Shown here: one piece after another, positions 20,551 through 33,960 of the stretch
Layout: each line of letters begins with the position of its first letter
How positions within the stretch are numbered: position 1 is the first letter of the stretch
Assembly: GCF_020745735.1 (NCBI RefSeq)
Contig: NC_083409.1
Coordinates: forward strand, 16,416,789 to 16,480,788
Direction of reading: 5' to 3'
Length of the DNA stretch: 64,000 bases
Source of the DNA: Hemiscyllium ocellatum
Lineage: Eukaryota
Program-made: the position numbers and the translations under genes
The notes under the pieces: generated by a model
The model's input: the letters and a program-made list of their open reading frames with translations, nothing else
Databases searched by the model: none
What the model was told of the DNA's origin: nothing

Positions 20551-21249
20551 GTCTGCTTTCTCTCCACAGATGGTGCCAGACCTGCTGAGCCTTTCCAGCA
20601 ATTTCAGTTTTTGTTCCTCATTTACAACAAACACAGCTTTTTCAGCTTTTATTTAGTATCAGATTCCTCCCAATTCTGGCCTCATCTTTGAGGCTGATCT
20701 GAGCCCCACAAACCCTTCCAATCACAGAGATCACTCACTGAAAACCTCAGCCGTTGCTTTGGGACTCCAAACATGACCATTCTAATATTGTCCTGGGCCA
20801 CATCTCAGCCACTGCCCTCTGTAACCTTCAGCTCATCCCAAACTCTGCTGCCCGTATCCGAACTTGCACCAAGTCCCATCCCCATCCTCCACCGTCCTCA
20901 CTGAGCAACATTGGCTACTGGTCCAACAACACCTCGATTTTCAAATTCTCATCCTTGTTCTGAAGTCCCTCCTTGTCCTTCCACCCTCCCCATCTCTGTC
21001 ACCTCCTCCTAACTGCCTCACTCAGTGTGGTCAGCAATCTTGGATAGATGACTCTCTGTTTCTTCATCCAAGTCATTGAGAAATATTGTGTGAAGCTGAG
21101 GTCCCAGCACAGATCCCTGGGGACACCACTATTCACATCTTGCTCATTGGAGGACACATACGTTATCCCTCCATTCTGTCTCCTTTCTCCAAATTAATTC
21201 CTGACCAAAGGCAAATGCTTTTCTCTAACTCATTATGTTTCCACATTGA

Positions 21250-23800
21250 TGAACAGTCTCTCAAACAGTGAAACTAAAAACACGAGTAGGCCATTCAGCC
21301 CTTCGAGCCTGTTCCAATTTTCAATATGATCATGGCTGATCATCCAACTCAGTCGTATGTTCCTGCTTTCTCCCCGTAACCTTTGATCCCTTTCTTCCGA
21401 AGAACTATGCATAGCTTTTTCTGGAAAACATTTATTGATTTGTGTTCAACTGCTTTCAGTGACAGAAACTTCCGCAGGCTTCCCACTCACTGAATGAAAA
21501 AACTTTCTCTCCATCTCAGCTCTAAATGGCCTTTCCCGTATCCTTAAATTGTAATCCTTGATTCTGGACTCCCCAGTCATCAGGAACATCCTGCCTTGTC
21601 CTGTTAGGGATTTTAGAGTTTTCAATGTGACTCCCCTCAATCTTCTCACCTCTAGTGAATATAATCCTAAATGATCCAGTTTCTCATCAGATCTAAGTGC
21701 TGTCATCCCAGGAATCAGCCTGGTAAACCTGCACTGCCCTCCCTCCACAGCCAGAACATCCTTCCTCACATAAGGAGACCAAAACTGCACACAATACAAT
21801 CATAAAATCACACAGTTTCGAATAGGCCCTTTGGCCCATTGAACCTGTACCAGCCAAACTACACTAAGCCTGCATTCATCCAACTTTCCAACACAAGACC
21901 CATAGCTTTAAATGTTACGATATTTCAAGAGTTCATCCAAGTATATTTTAAAGATGGTGAGATTTTCCACCTCAACTACCATCCCAGGCAATGCAAACCA
22001 GACCCCCACCACCCTCTGAGTAAAAACCTGCTCCTCAAATCCCCTCTAAAACTCCTGTCTTTCACAGTGAATGTGTGCCAACTCCATGTAAGGGGAACAG
22101 CTACTTTCTCTTCATTCTGCTCATTCCCCTCATACCCTTTTACACCTCTATCAGGTCCCCCTTCAAACTTCTCTGCTTCAAAGAAAACAACCCGAGTTTA
22201 TCCAACCTCCCTTCATCGGTGAAATGTTTCATCCCAAGCAACATCCTGGTGACTACTCTCTGCACTCCCTCCAGTACAATCCCATCCTTCCGATCACATG
22301 GTGACCAGAACTGCACACAGTACTCCAGCTGTGGTCTAACCAAAGTTCTGTATTCTCCAACATCTCATCCCTGGTCTTCTAATCTATACCTGAAGTGATA
22401 AAGGCAAGTATCACATCTGACTTCATAAACATTTTCCTCATCTGTTCCATCTTCCAAAGTTCATCACCTCACATTTATCAGGGGTAAGTTCTATCTGACT
22501 CTGACCTGCCCATCTGACCAATCCAGTTAGATCCTCCTGCAACCTAAGACCTTCTTCCTCACTGTCAACCATCTGCCAAACCTCATGTCATTACAAATTC
22601 AGTCATCATCCACTCACCCCCACCTCTCACCTCTCACATTCTCATCTTCATTGTTTCAATACATCCTGAACAATAAGGGACCCAGCACTGAACCCTGTGG
22701 TGTCCCACTGCACACTGGACCCAGTCACATAAACAACTTTCTGCCTCCACCCACTGTCCCCTGTCACTGAACCAGTTTTGGTTTGAATATACCAGGTGTG
22801 GTCTCGCTAAGGCTCCGTACAATTACAGCAAGATATCCCTGTTCCTGTACTCAAATCCTCTCACTATGAAGGTAACTTATCAGTTACCTTCTGCACTGCC
22901 TGCTGCACCTTCACGCTGACTTTCAGGACTGGTATACACAGACACCCAGGCCTTATTGCATCTCCCCATTCCCAATCTATCACCATTCAGATAATAATCT
23001 GCTTCCACTTTTTGGTACTAAACTGGGTAACCTCATATTTAACTTCATTGTATTTCATCTGCCATCACTCAACATCTCCATAGCACACTGAGGTATCTCT
23101 GCATCCTCCTCACAGCTCCCCTTCCCACTCAGCTTTGTATCATCTGTAAACCTGGAGATATTACTCTGAAGTTCCCTCATCTAAACCATGAACAAATATT
23201 GTGAATAGCTGGATCCAGGCCTGTGGTACCATTTCAGAAAAAATCCAGTTTATTTTTAATCTTTGTTTCCTGCCTGCCAACCAGTTCTCTATTCATGTCA
23301 GTACACTGCTCCCAGTCCCATGAATCTTAACTTTTTATGCTCTCTTCTGTGGGACTTATTAAAAACCTTGTAAAAGTTCCAAATATACCATGTCAATTGC
23401 CTCCTTCTTGTCAAATTTGCTCTTTACATACTCAAGCAATTCCAGTCAATTTGTTAAGCATGATTTCCCTTTCCACAAACCATGCTGACTCTGTCTAATC
23501 CTGTCACTGTCTTTCAGTGATTAAATCTTTCATAATAGACTCGAGTATTTTCAGGCTGATTGGTCTAAGTTGTCCAGTTTCTCTCTCTCTCCCATTTTAA
23601 ATAGTGATGTTACATTAGCAACTCTCCAGTCAGTGGGAATTATTCCAGAATGTATAGAATATTGAACATCAATGTTTCCAAACATTCTGGGCATTTCCTG
23701 AAGTAATCTGAGGTTTAGACTATTGGATCCTGTGGATTTATCAGAATTTAATCCCATAAATTTTCCAAAACCATCTCCCTAATAAAACTAGTTTTCTTCA
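21250..23800 (-). mobile_element. Cluster of short CR1-type fragments
   Basis: Repeated YCVQFWSP motifs (ORFs 21446-21799, 22140-22343). Confidence 0.75.
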
Positions 23801-23869
23801 GTGCTGCTATCAGTCTATACCCTGTCATCCCAAAATGTTTAGAATATATTTGAGTTTTCCATTGTATAC

Positions 23870-24140
23870 AAAGATTCAGAATGCAGCAAATGCAGAAATT
23901 TCCTTTGCACGTGTTGTCAGTGGTACTTTTAACAAATCAATTTTGGATAAGAATGACACACTACCTACCCTATCAATGCAATCTCCTGACCTGGGAATAG
24001 GGTACAAATCCATCTTTGTGACTACATTCACTTTCCAACTGTCTACACAGAATCTAATTGAAACATTTGGTTTCAGAACCAACACTACAAGAGAACTCCA
24101 ATTACTCATACAGTTCAATCAGGGTACCCTGTCTAATTTA
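23870..24140 (-). mobile_element. Gypsy LTR-retrotransposon RT fragment
   Basis: WSSLVVLV.KP..SIRFCVD..KVN.VTK.D.YPIP. Confidence 0.85.
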
Positions 24141-26629
24141 TGATCAGTAATTTGCTGATTATTAGATGGTTTGAATCAACCCCAGATCCCTGGTTCTGCC
24201 GCTGGATTTATTTAAAAATGTCAAATGAAGAGGGCAGTAGATGGGTGTTTCAGGGCAAAAGAATCTCTGGGTTTATTCAATACAAAAGGTAAGTATAATA
24301 CAGGAGCAAATGCAAATGTAATAATCAGTGAAATTACCAGTATCCACTATACAGAGAACAGAAATTAAATACACTACCAACTTAAACACTGGTTCTCCAC
24401 TATTCGAGGCTAGAGTGGAAAAGTGTGGCCCTGGAAAAGCACAGCAGGTCAGGCAACATCTGTGGGACAGGAGAATCGATGTTTCGAGCATCAGCTCTTC
24501 ATCAGGAAGGTTGGGGGAGTGGAATACGGCTGAGAGATAAATAGGAGGGTGGGGCAGGGGGTGGAGGAAAGTAGCTGGGAAGGGGATAGGTAGATGCAGG
24601 TGGGGGGAGTGATAGTGATAGTTCAGAAGGAATGGTGGAGCAGAATAGGTGGGATGGATGATGGATAGATTTGAAATTTCAAGAGGGTGGTGTCGAGTTG
24701 GAGGATTGGATATTCGTTGGGGGTGGGGGTGGGGGAGGGGAGATAACGAACTAGTGAAAACAACATTGATGCCGTGCGATTGGGGGGGTCCCAAGGTGGA
24801 AAATGAGGCATTCTTCTTCCAGACATAGTAGCTCAGTGGTTAGCACTGCTGCCTTACAGCACTAGGAACCCAGTTTCGATTCCAGCCTTCGGCGACTGTC
24901 TGTGTGGAGGTTGCACATTCTCCTCATGTCCGGGTTTCCTCCAGGTTTCCTCCGTGTGCACAGTCCAAAGATGTGCAACTCAGGTGAATGGGCCATTCTA
25001 TATGGCCCGCAGTGTTAGGTACATTAGTCAGAGGGAAATGGGTCTCTGTGGGTTACTCTTCGGAGGGTCGGTATGAACTGGTTGTGTCAAAGGGCCTGTT
25101 TCCAATTTCTAGGGAACCTAATCTAATCAAAATGTGTAGGTTAGCTGAATTGGCCATACTAAATTGCTCATAGTGTTATGTGCATTAGTCAGGGGTAAAT
25201 ATAGGGTAGGGGAATGAGTCTGGGTGGGTTACTCTTCAGAGGATTGGTATGGACATGTTGGGACGAAGGGCCTGTTTCCACACTGTCGGGAATCTAATCT
25301 AATCTGATGATACTTCGGGTGGCTTGGAGTTGGCAGTGGAGGAGGGGGATTTGAAGTGTCCGGCCACAGGATGGTGGAGTTGTTTGGTGCATGTGTCCCA
25401 GAAATGTTCCACAAGTCATCCTTCCCAACATTCCTGATGACGGCATTCTGCCCAATTCTCCTGCTCCCCGGATGCTGCCTGACCTGCTGCACTTTTCCAG
25501 CGCCTCACTTTCCGACTCTGACCTCCAACATCTGCAGTCCTCACTTTCTACTATTCGAAGCAAAACAGTTTGAGTCACACAAACTTTAATCAGGCTCCCT
25601 ACCCTTGGGTCCCAATGCACGGCCACCAGCCACCATCCCCTCCCTGCGAGCTCAGAGGGAAACTTTGGGGTCTCAGGATTTTCAGCTCAGCACTGAGGAA
25701 AATACACGTTTAAAATGTGCCCTTTTAGTGAGGTTCTTGCCGTCAGTTCTCTTGGCTCAGGACAGGTCTGTGAGAAAGTGAGGACGGCAGATGCTGGAGA
25801 TCAGGATTGAGAGTGTTGTGCTGGAAAAGCGCAGCAGGTCAGGAGCATCCGAGGAGTAGGAGAATCAATGTTTTGAGCATAAGCCCTTCATCGGGAATAA
25901 GACCTGTGGGCTGGGAGCTGAGAGATAAATCGGATGGTTTGAAAGTATCTGGCAATGTGATCGGAACAGGCATGTCTCTGGAAGCTCATGCTCAGATAGC
26001 ATTTGGTTGGTGTTCCTGACCTCGGGTGTCCTTTGTTGTAATGATGCTCTTGGTTTGGTTTTTGGATGTAGCTTCTCTGTTCAGCGTCTGTGGTTCTTGG
26101 TTCTGAAGCTATTTGTTGGGGCTTGCTGAAGCTGTTCCTGCAGAAACTTGTTGTTGAAAAGGCTCACCCTCAGATTAGGGCTGGCTGTTATACAGACTGT
26201 GTGCACCGTTATCTCCCCTCAGATCTGTGTTGGCCAATGTGTTTCTGGTGTTCTCTATGGGGTCAGTTGGCTTCCTGACAGTTAAGAGTATTAGTGAATG
26301 TATCTTGATTGATATTGAATGCCCAATATCCCTGTGAGTAAGTATTGATTGTGTTGAATGTCCAGTATCTGTACAGGTTCCAAAATGTCTGTGTTAGTAG
26401 GCTGAGGTGTAAAAGTGAGGTTCAGTCTGGAGAATGAGTTCTGGTTGGTGTCTCTTTAAGGGTTGAGGTGTGAACTGGAATTCCAGGCAGAACAATGGTT
26501 CCAGGCAGCCATCTCCGTGTCTCTGTGTTTTCCAAGAGCTCAGCCCAGCTGTCTCTTTATTTTTAAAAGCCTTTTAAAAATCCAGAGTTTTAGATGATTG
26601 GGATATTTGTTCAATTCCAACACGGGAGA

Positions 26630-26840
26630 ACTCCAATTACTCTGACCCATCAATCAATTGATTCTCCAACAAACATTGAGCTTCCTTTGTTACTTTGGCC
26701 AGTTTCTCTGGGTTTAACCAAAATGGGTTTTGTTTTATTGGGTCCGAATTATCTACCTCCACATCATGTTCAATTAATGTGGCGCATCCAAGTGTATCTT
26801 TTAAAGACCATGTATCAGTGCAAAATGTGGCCATTCAGCC
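26630..26840 (-). mobile_element. Gypsy pol fragment upstream of RT
   Basis: LG.ATLIEHDVEV..SDPIKQ.P motif. Confidence 0.7.
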
Positions 26841-27047
26841 TATCAAGTACACTCTGCCATTCTATCATAGTTGATTTGTTTGTCAACCCCAATCTCCTGC
26901 CTCCTGTTATCCTTGACTTGTTTACCAATCAAGAATCTATCTATCTCTGTCTTAAATTCACTCAATGACTTGGCCTCCACAGAACTCTGCAGCAATGATC
27001 AATCCACAGATTAACCACTCTCTGGAGGAAGAATCTCCTCATCATTA

Positions 27048-27360
27048 GGGGCGGCACGTTGGCACAGTGGTTAGCACTGCTGCCTCACAGCGCCAGAGAC
27101 CCGGGTTCAATTCCTGACTCAGGTGACTGTCTGTGTGGATTTTGCACATTCTCCCTGTGTCTGCGTGGGTTTTCTCCGGGTGCTCCGGTTTCCTCTCACA
27201 GTCCAAAGATGTGCAGGCCAGGTGAATTGGCCATGCTAAATTGCCCGTAGTGTAAGGTAAAGGGGTAAATATAGGGGAATGGATGGGTGTGGATCGGTGT
27301 GGACTTGTTGGGCCGAAGGGCCTGTTTCCACACTGTAAGTAATCTAATCTAATCTAATCT
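27048..27360 (+). mobile_element. tRNA-derived shark SINE, full length
   Basis: A and B boxes, (AATCT)n tail; same family at ~15.3-15.64, 24.82-25.3, 49.59-49.88, 55.6-55.9 kb. Confidence 0.88.
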
Positions 27361-27859
27361 CACTTCCAAAGGATGGCCCCTTCTGAGGCTGTGCCCTCAG
27401 GTCCCAGTCTCTCTGCCAAGTGGAAACATCTTCTCCATGTCTACTCTATCCAGGCCTCTCAGTATACTGTATGTTTCACAGAGATTTCCACTCATCCTTC
27501 TCAACTCCATCGAGTACTGACCGAGTACAGGCCTCAACCACTCCTCATACAAACTTCTTTGTATTCTCTGAGCAATCTCCCTCTGTAACTCTGTTAATCT
27601 TTTTCCAGATACAAATATGCAGTGTCTGAATTCTCTAATGCCTCTGAGTCTGTTTAAATCACAGGAGGAAGTTCACTTTGGGAAATGACCAATTCTCTTT
27701 GGCTCTCACACTTTTTCTCATCCCCTTTCTGCTACACTCAGTGCTGGACACACCTCTACACGACTGAATGGCTCCTCAAAAACTGGGAGAGGACTTAAGG
27801 ATGCTGCTTTCATCATGTGTGGAGGTTTACCTACAACTTGACAAGTTTTTTTTAATGTA

Positions 27860-28630
27860 TTCATTTCATGGAATGTCAGCATTGTTGGCTGGCCAGCATT
27901 TATTGTTCATCCCTAGTTGCCCTTGAGAAGGCTTTTGGTGAGCTGCCTTCTTGAACTGCTGCAGTACACCTGCTGTGGGTTGACAGACAACACCATGAGG
28001 GAGGGAATTCCTGGATCTGGAGCCAGCAACAGTGAAGGGACACAATACATTTTCAAGTCAAGATGGCTTGGAGGGGAACTTGAAGGTAATGGTGTTCTCA
28101 TATATCTGGTGCCCTTGTCCTTCCAGATGGAAATGGTTGTGTTTGGAAGGTGCTGTCTGAGGATCTTTGGTGAATTTCTGCAGTGCATCTTGTAGATAGT
28201 GCACACTGCTGCTGCTGAATGTCGGTGGTAGAGGGCATGGTTACATGTGGATGCTGTGCCTATCAAGCGGCTGCTTTGCCCTGAATGGTGTTCAGCTTCT
28301 TGAGTGTTGTTGGGGGCTTCACCCATCCAGGCAAGTGGGGAGTATTCCTTCACATTCCTGACTTGTGCCTTGTAGATTGTGGCCAGGCTTTCAGGAGACA
28401 AGAGGTGAGGTACTTGCTGCAGTATTCTTAGCCTCTGACCTGCTTTTGTAGCCAGTGTTTATTTGGTGAGTTTCAGCTGGCTATCAACTCCCAGGATGTT
28501 GATAGTGGGGGACACGTTGATAGTAACACCACTGAATGTCAAGGGACACTGGTTAGATTGTCTCTTATTGGTGACAGTCAGAGTCTAGCATTTGTATGAT
28601 ATGAAAGTTACTTATCACTTGTCAGCCCAA
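27860..28630 (-). mobile_element. Non-LTR retrotransposon RT C-terminal fragment
   Basis: ORF 27913-28401: LATIYKAQVR..EYSPLAW. Confidence 0.75.
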
Positions 28631-30239
28631 GCCTGGACAAAGGAACGACATTGACAATCCTCCACTCTGGCACTTCACCTGTGGCCAGCGAAGTATTAAT
28701 CAAGGAAAAGGCAGCCAAACTTTAAAGGCAATGAAATGAAAAATACAGTTAAGTTAAACCGGAAGATATGATAGAGAAATGGACCCCTTCTCTCTGTTAT
28801 TTGAGTACTGGAAAGAAATAATGTTAGATTAGAAAGGATTTTAATTTGCCATGAGTTTTGAAATCTTTTGAATTTGTGTTTTCTGTCAGTATAGTATGTT
28901 TCATCTTCATTTCTTTTGTCTAAGGAGGTCTTATTATTACATCTAAATCATTGTGTGCTTATGCTCTGAAGATGCTGCAGACCAACTGCATTTCTTCAGC
29001 AGTTTCTGTTTGTGTTGCATTCTGAGATCTGTGTTGTCCAATAATACCAGCAGCTGGGATGGGAATAGTTGGCTAGCATCATGATTGTCACTCTAATTAG
29101 AAATTGACACTTCGTATTTGATAAATCCAACAAACCCTTACACTGTTTTCACATCTGTCCGTCACCACATCACTGCCACCGCTCTTACCTTTCCAGAATC
29201 CAGGCAAATCCTTTTGCTCTCAGTATGTGACTTATGTACTTAACTTGGGCATCTTTAATTGCAAACTTTCTTGTTCAGCTTAATGAATTTTTCTTTCTTG
29301 TTCAGCTCCTGACAAGCTACACCCTGCAGGCCACTAGATGATGATTGTGGTCAGCAATGCTTTGTATCTCGAATAGCCCACTTTCTCCCCATATCCTTCT
29401 CACTCACACTCTCAACTGATTACCCGGGCATCGCGGCAGGTCACCGCGTTTGAGGAGAAATTGACTCGAAATTGAATCAACTGTTAGTATTTTATGTTGA
29501 TATACAATTAAACAACAAGTATGTTTACATTGAAATTAATACATTATAAATGTATAATAATTGGACAGACTAATGTCTTAAACTTTGTGGCATTTGAGGG
29601 ATATAACTTTTGCCGGTTTGTCAAGAATACAAGTTCATAAGGTGCAGGTTACAACAAAATTTGCTGCACATCTTTTATAATGGACTCCAGTATTTCTCCC
29701 ACTACTGATGTCAAGCTAACCGGTCTCTGCCTCCCTTCTTAAATAGTGGGGTTATGTTAGTCACCCTCCAATCCATAGGAACTGCTCCAGAGTCTAGAAT
29801 TCTGAAAGATGACCACAAGTGCATCTATTCTTTCTAGTGCCACTTTTTCTTAAGCATTCTGGGGTGAGGAGCTCAGGCTGCCAAAGATATTTCATGGCTC
29901 CACTTTGCCCTCCTATTTTTTTAAGCTACTCCCCACACTTTCTCTCCTCCTGAAGGGCTTCCTTGTTTTTGATGCTCTGTCGCTGACAAAGCTTTCCTTC
30001 TTGTCCTTTCCTGAACTATCCATATTCCTTGACATCCAGGATCCCAGGAGTTGCTGCCCTTGCCTTTCTTTCTGAGCTGGCCCTGAATTCTCACTGTCTC
30101 ACATTAAAAAGCTTCCCACTTTCCAAATGTAGACTGACCTGTAAGTAGCTGCTCCCAGTCTGTATTTGCCAGATCCTGTCTCATGACATTGAAATTGGCC
30201 TTGCCTCACTTTAGACACTTACCTTTCTGCACTACCCTT

Positions 30240-31520
30240 ATTCCTTTCCATAATAATTATAAAACTTATGAACTTATGTTCAATATCTGCAAAATGCTCA
30301 CCCACTGACTCTTTAACTATTTGACTGGTTTCATTACCTAGGATTGAGTCCAGCACTGTCCATGTTTAGAGGGACTATCTACATACTGGCACCAAAAGCT
30401 CTCCTGGATGGACTTTAAACATTCCAGCATTCACACAAAGGCAATCCCAGTTCATGTTAGAGAAGTTGAAACTCCCTACTAACATAACCCTATTCCTCTC
30501 ACACCTGTCTGTGATTTACCAACATATCTCCTCCTCTCTCTCCATCTGACTATTGGGAGGTCTATAGTACAATCCCAGCAAAGTGATTGTTCTTTTTGTA
30601 TTTTTAGCTTCACCCAGATGGCCTCGTTTGAAGAGCCTTCCAAGGAATGCTCCTTAAATCCAGCAGTGATGGTCTCCTTTATCAATAATGCAATACACCC
30701 ACCTCTCCTGCATTCCGTCTATCCCACCTGAGACTTCTCTACCCTGGAATGTTGAGCTGCCAGTCCTATCTTTGTTCAATCATGTCTCAGCAATTGCAGC
30801 AATATAATATTCCCACGTGCTGGTCAATGCTCTCAGTTCAACCTCCTTACTCGTCAAGCTCCTTACATTAAAATAGATACAGTTCAGCTTTCTGGTCCTC
30901 CTGTATTCCTGATCCTGTCCTAGTGGTTACCCAGTGATTTTCTGTGTTGCCCTTATTCTCCCAAGAAGGGAAACATCCAGCATTTCCCCTGTCACTCCCC
31001 TTAAGAATTCTATGCATTTCAATGAGATTCCCTCTCATTCTTCTAAACTCCAGGGATCAGATTCCAAACCTGTTTGACCTTTGCCCATAAGACAAACGCT
31101 CTGTACCTGGAATCAGTCAAGGGAACTATCACTGAACTACACCTAATGCAGCTCCTGTCCTTTCTTCAATAAGGAGCCTGATACTGGACACCATACTCCA
31201 GATGTGCCCACACCAAGCTCCTAACCCTAACCCCTGTACAGCTGCAGTAAAATGTCCCAGCTTTTAGATTGCATTCCCTTTACAAGGAGCACCAATACTC
31301 TATCTGCCTCCGGATTCACTTGCTGTAGCTGTGTCCTAACTTCGTGATTTTTGTCCCCCACATTACACTCCATTCTGCCCAATATTTCTCCAAAGCCCAG
31401 CTGTATCTAATATTCAGCAGGATGGACCCCTTCACTGGGAAATAGTTGTTTGTGACTAGAATAATGACACATCTCTGAGAATCACATTAATAATTGTTTT
31501 ATTGATGCTTTTATTTCCTA
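30240..31520 (-). repeat. Inverted paralog of 46.69-47.91 kb (CR1 relic plus polyA-bearing unique segment)
   Basis: ORFs 30479-30685 and 47455-47688 are homologous; the CR1/unique junction is shared. Confidence 0.8.
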
Positions 31521-31919
31521 CGCACCATATCACTGCCTTGAATAATCTTATACCCCTCAATGAGGTTCTTTCTCAACCTTCACTGCTCCACGCAAAACAA
31601 CCTCAACCTTTCCAATCTTTCCTCATAACTAACTCTCTATTGCAGGCAGCATCCTGGTAAATCTCTGCACCCTCTTAAGAACAATCACATCTTTCCCAGA
31701 ATGTGGTGGCCACGACCTGTCCACCTCTCTCTCTCTATCTTCCTTTTTGACTCACATCTGCCACTTCTTTCTCTCTACCTATCTATCTCTCTCCCACTTT
31801 TAATCTCTTTCATATTCTCTTTCATATTTTCTCTCTCTCTCTCTCTCTCTATCTCTCACTCCCTCTCTCATAGCCACTCTCTCCAACCCACTCACAGTTC
31901 CTCACTCCGTCAGATAATC

Positions 31920-31960
<41 letters not shown>

Positions 31961-32859
31961 CATCAACCACATCATTTTTACCTCCCTCTACCGCTCTCGG
32001 TCCCCTGACATATCTCACACTGTCTCAGATGCTCCTCCCTCTATTCCTCGATTACACACACACTCTCCCTCTCTCTCTCTCTCTCTGTCTCGCTTCTCTC
32101 CCTTTCTCACAGTGTCCCAGGTGATGACAGTTGAATGCAGAATAAATCTCCTTCTGCTCTGCCCCAATAATGGATGTTAACCTTTGACCCCAGAAGCATG
32201 TTTTTTTTTCCCTGGAGTAAGGCCCCATTTCCCACAGTGACCAAGGTTTAGCCTCTCTCAGGAAGATGGACAGATTCTTGTCAAAGGAAGGGCAGTTCTG
32301 TGCTGTTGGCCTATTCTCACTGGGGACTGGTTTGGACACAAACCTCATTCCATGAAGGCCCAGCAGAGAGATGAGTTCCTCAGGCCATCAGTGTGAGCTG
32401 GAGGGATGGGGCAGGACAGTTTGTGACCCAGTGACCCATCCTGTCCATTCACAACATGCTCCAATCCCTTCCCCTCTCCTTCCCATTCCATGATCAGTCT
32501 CTGAGTCAATGTGTTTCACTGGGATGATGTTCAGAGCATCACAGTTACAGCAGAAGGGAACTGGCCCCACACCAATCATGGCGTCCATGATGTAATGGAC
32601 ACTCCAACAGAGTCCAACAAACATGGAATTCAGTTCACGGGGCTGCCCAATGGAGAGACATGGACCTCCTTCCCACTGAACCACCCAATTGAGACCAGTA
32701 AACATGGGCCTCCTTCCCACTGAACCTTCTAATTGAGACCAGTAAACATGGGGCTCCTAATCACTGGACTTTCCAATGGAGATGAGTGGATGGCTGAGTT
32801 TTTGAAGAAGTAAGCAAGAAGGTAGATAAAGGTACAGCAGTACACTCTGTCTACATGGA

Positions 32860-33960
32860 CTTTAGCAAGGCCTTAGACAAGGTTCCCCCCACCATGGCAG
32901 ACTGCTCAGTAAGATTATATCACATAGGATCCAGGGAGAGCGAGCCAATTGGATATAAAATTGGCCTGATGGTAGGAGACAGAGGCTGGTGAGAGAGGGT
33001 TGTTCTTCAGACTGGAGGCTAGTGACCAGCCGTCTGCCACAAGAATCGATCCTGGATCCACTGTTGGTCTTCATTTATATGAACAATGTGGATGAGAAAA
33101 TAAGAGGAATGGTCAGTAAGTTTGTGGCTGACATTAAAATTATTGGCATCATCGACAGGGAAGAAGGTTATCCAAGAGTGCAATGTCATCTTGATCAACT
33201 GGGCCAGTGGGTCAACAAATCCAGATGGAGTTTAATTTCGATAAATGGAAGGAGTTACCTTTTGGTAAGACAAAACAGGGCAGGAATTACACAATAAATG
33301 GTAGAGTCATGGGGAGTGTTGTTGAACAGAGAGACCGAGGGGTACAGGTACACAGTTCCTTGAAAGTGGTGTCACAGGTAGACAGGGTGGTGAAGAAGGT
33401 ATTTGACACGCTCACCTTCACTGGAAAAAGCAGGGAGTACAGGAGCTGGGACATCATGTGACAGCTGTATAAGATATTGATAATGTCACATTTGGACACT
33501 GTGCACATTTCTGCTCACCCTGCTATAGGAAGGAAGTTATTACACTGGTTTGGATAAAACGAAGATTAACAGGGATGTTACCAAGATTGGAGGGTTTGAA
33601 TTATAAGGCGAGGATGGATAGGCCGAGATGTTCTTCCAGGAAATGCAGAAGATTGAGGGGTGACCAGATAGAGGTTCATAGAATCATGAGGGTCATTGAT
33701 AAGATGAATAGTCAAAGTCTTTTCCTCAGGGTAGGAGAGTCCAGTACTAGAAGAAATAGATTTAAGTTGAGAGGGGAAAGAGTTAGAAGGGCCCTGAGAG
33801 GCAACCTTTTCACACAGAGGATGGCGTGTGTGTGCAATGACTGCCAGAGGAAGTGGTAAAGGTGAGTACAATTACTACATTTCCAGGACATTTTTACAGG
33901 AACATGGATAGGAAGGATTCGGAGAGATTTGGGCCAAACACAGGCAAATGGGACTAGTTC
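32860..33960 (+). mobile_element. CR1-type LINE RT fragment
   Basis: ORFs 32989-33297, 33207-33461, 33575-33859. Confidence 0.85.

Noticed and set aside
27048-27120. tRNA gene
   Set aside because: A and B boxes are the head of a multicopy SINE continuous with its body and tail.
29325-29345. CTCF-like motif GGCCACTAGATG
   Set aside because: The core lacks the GGC that should follow; single copy with no conservation support.
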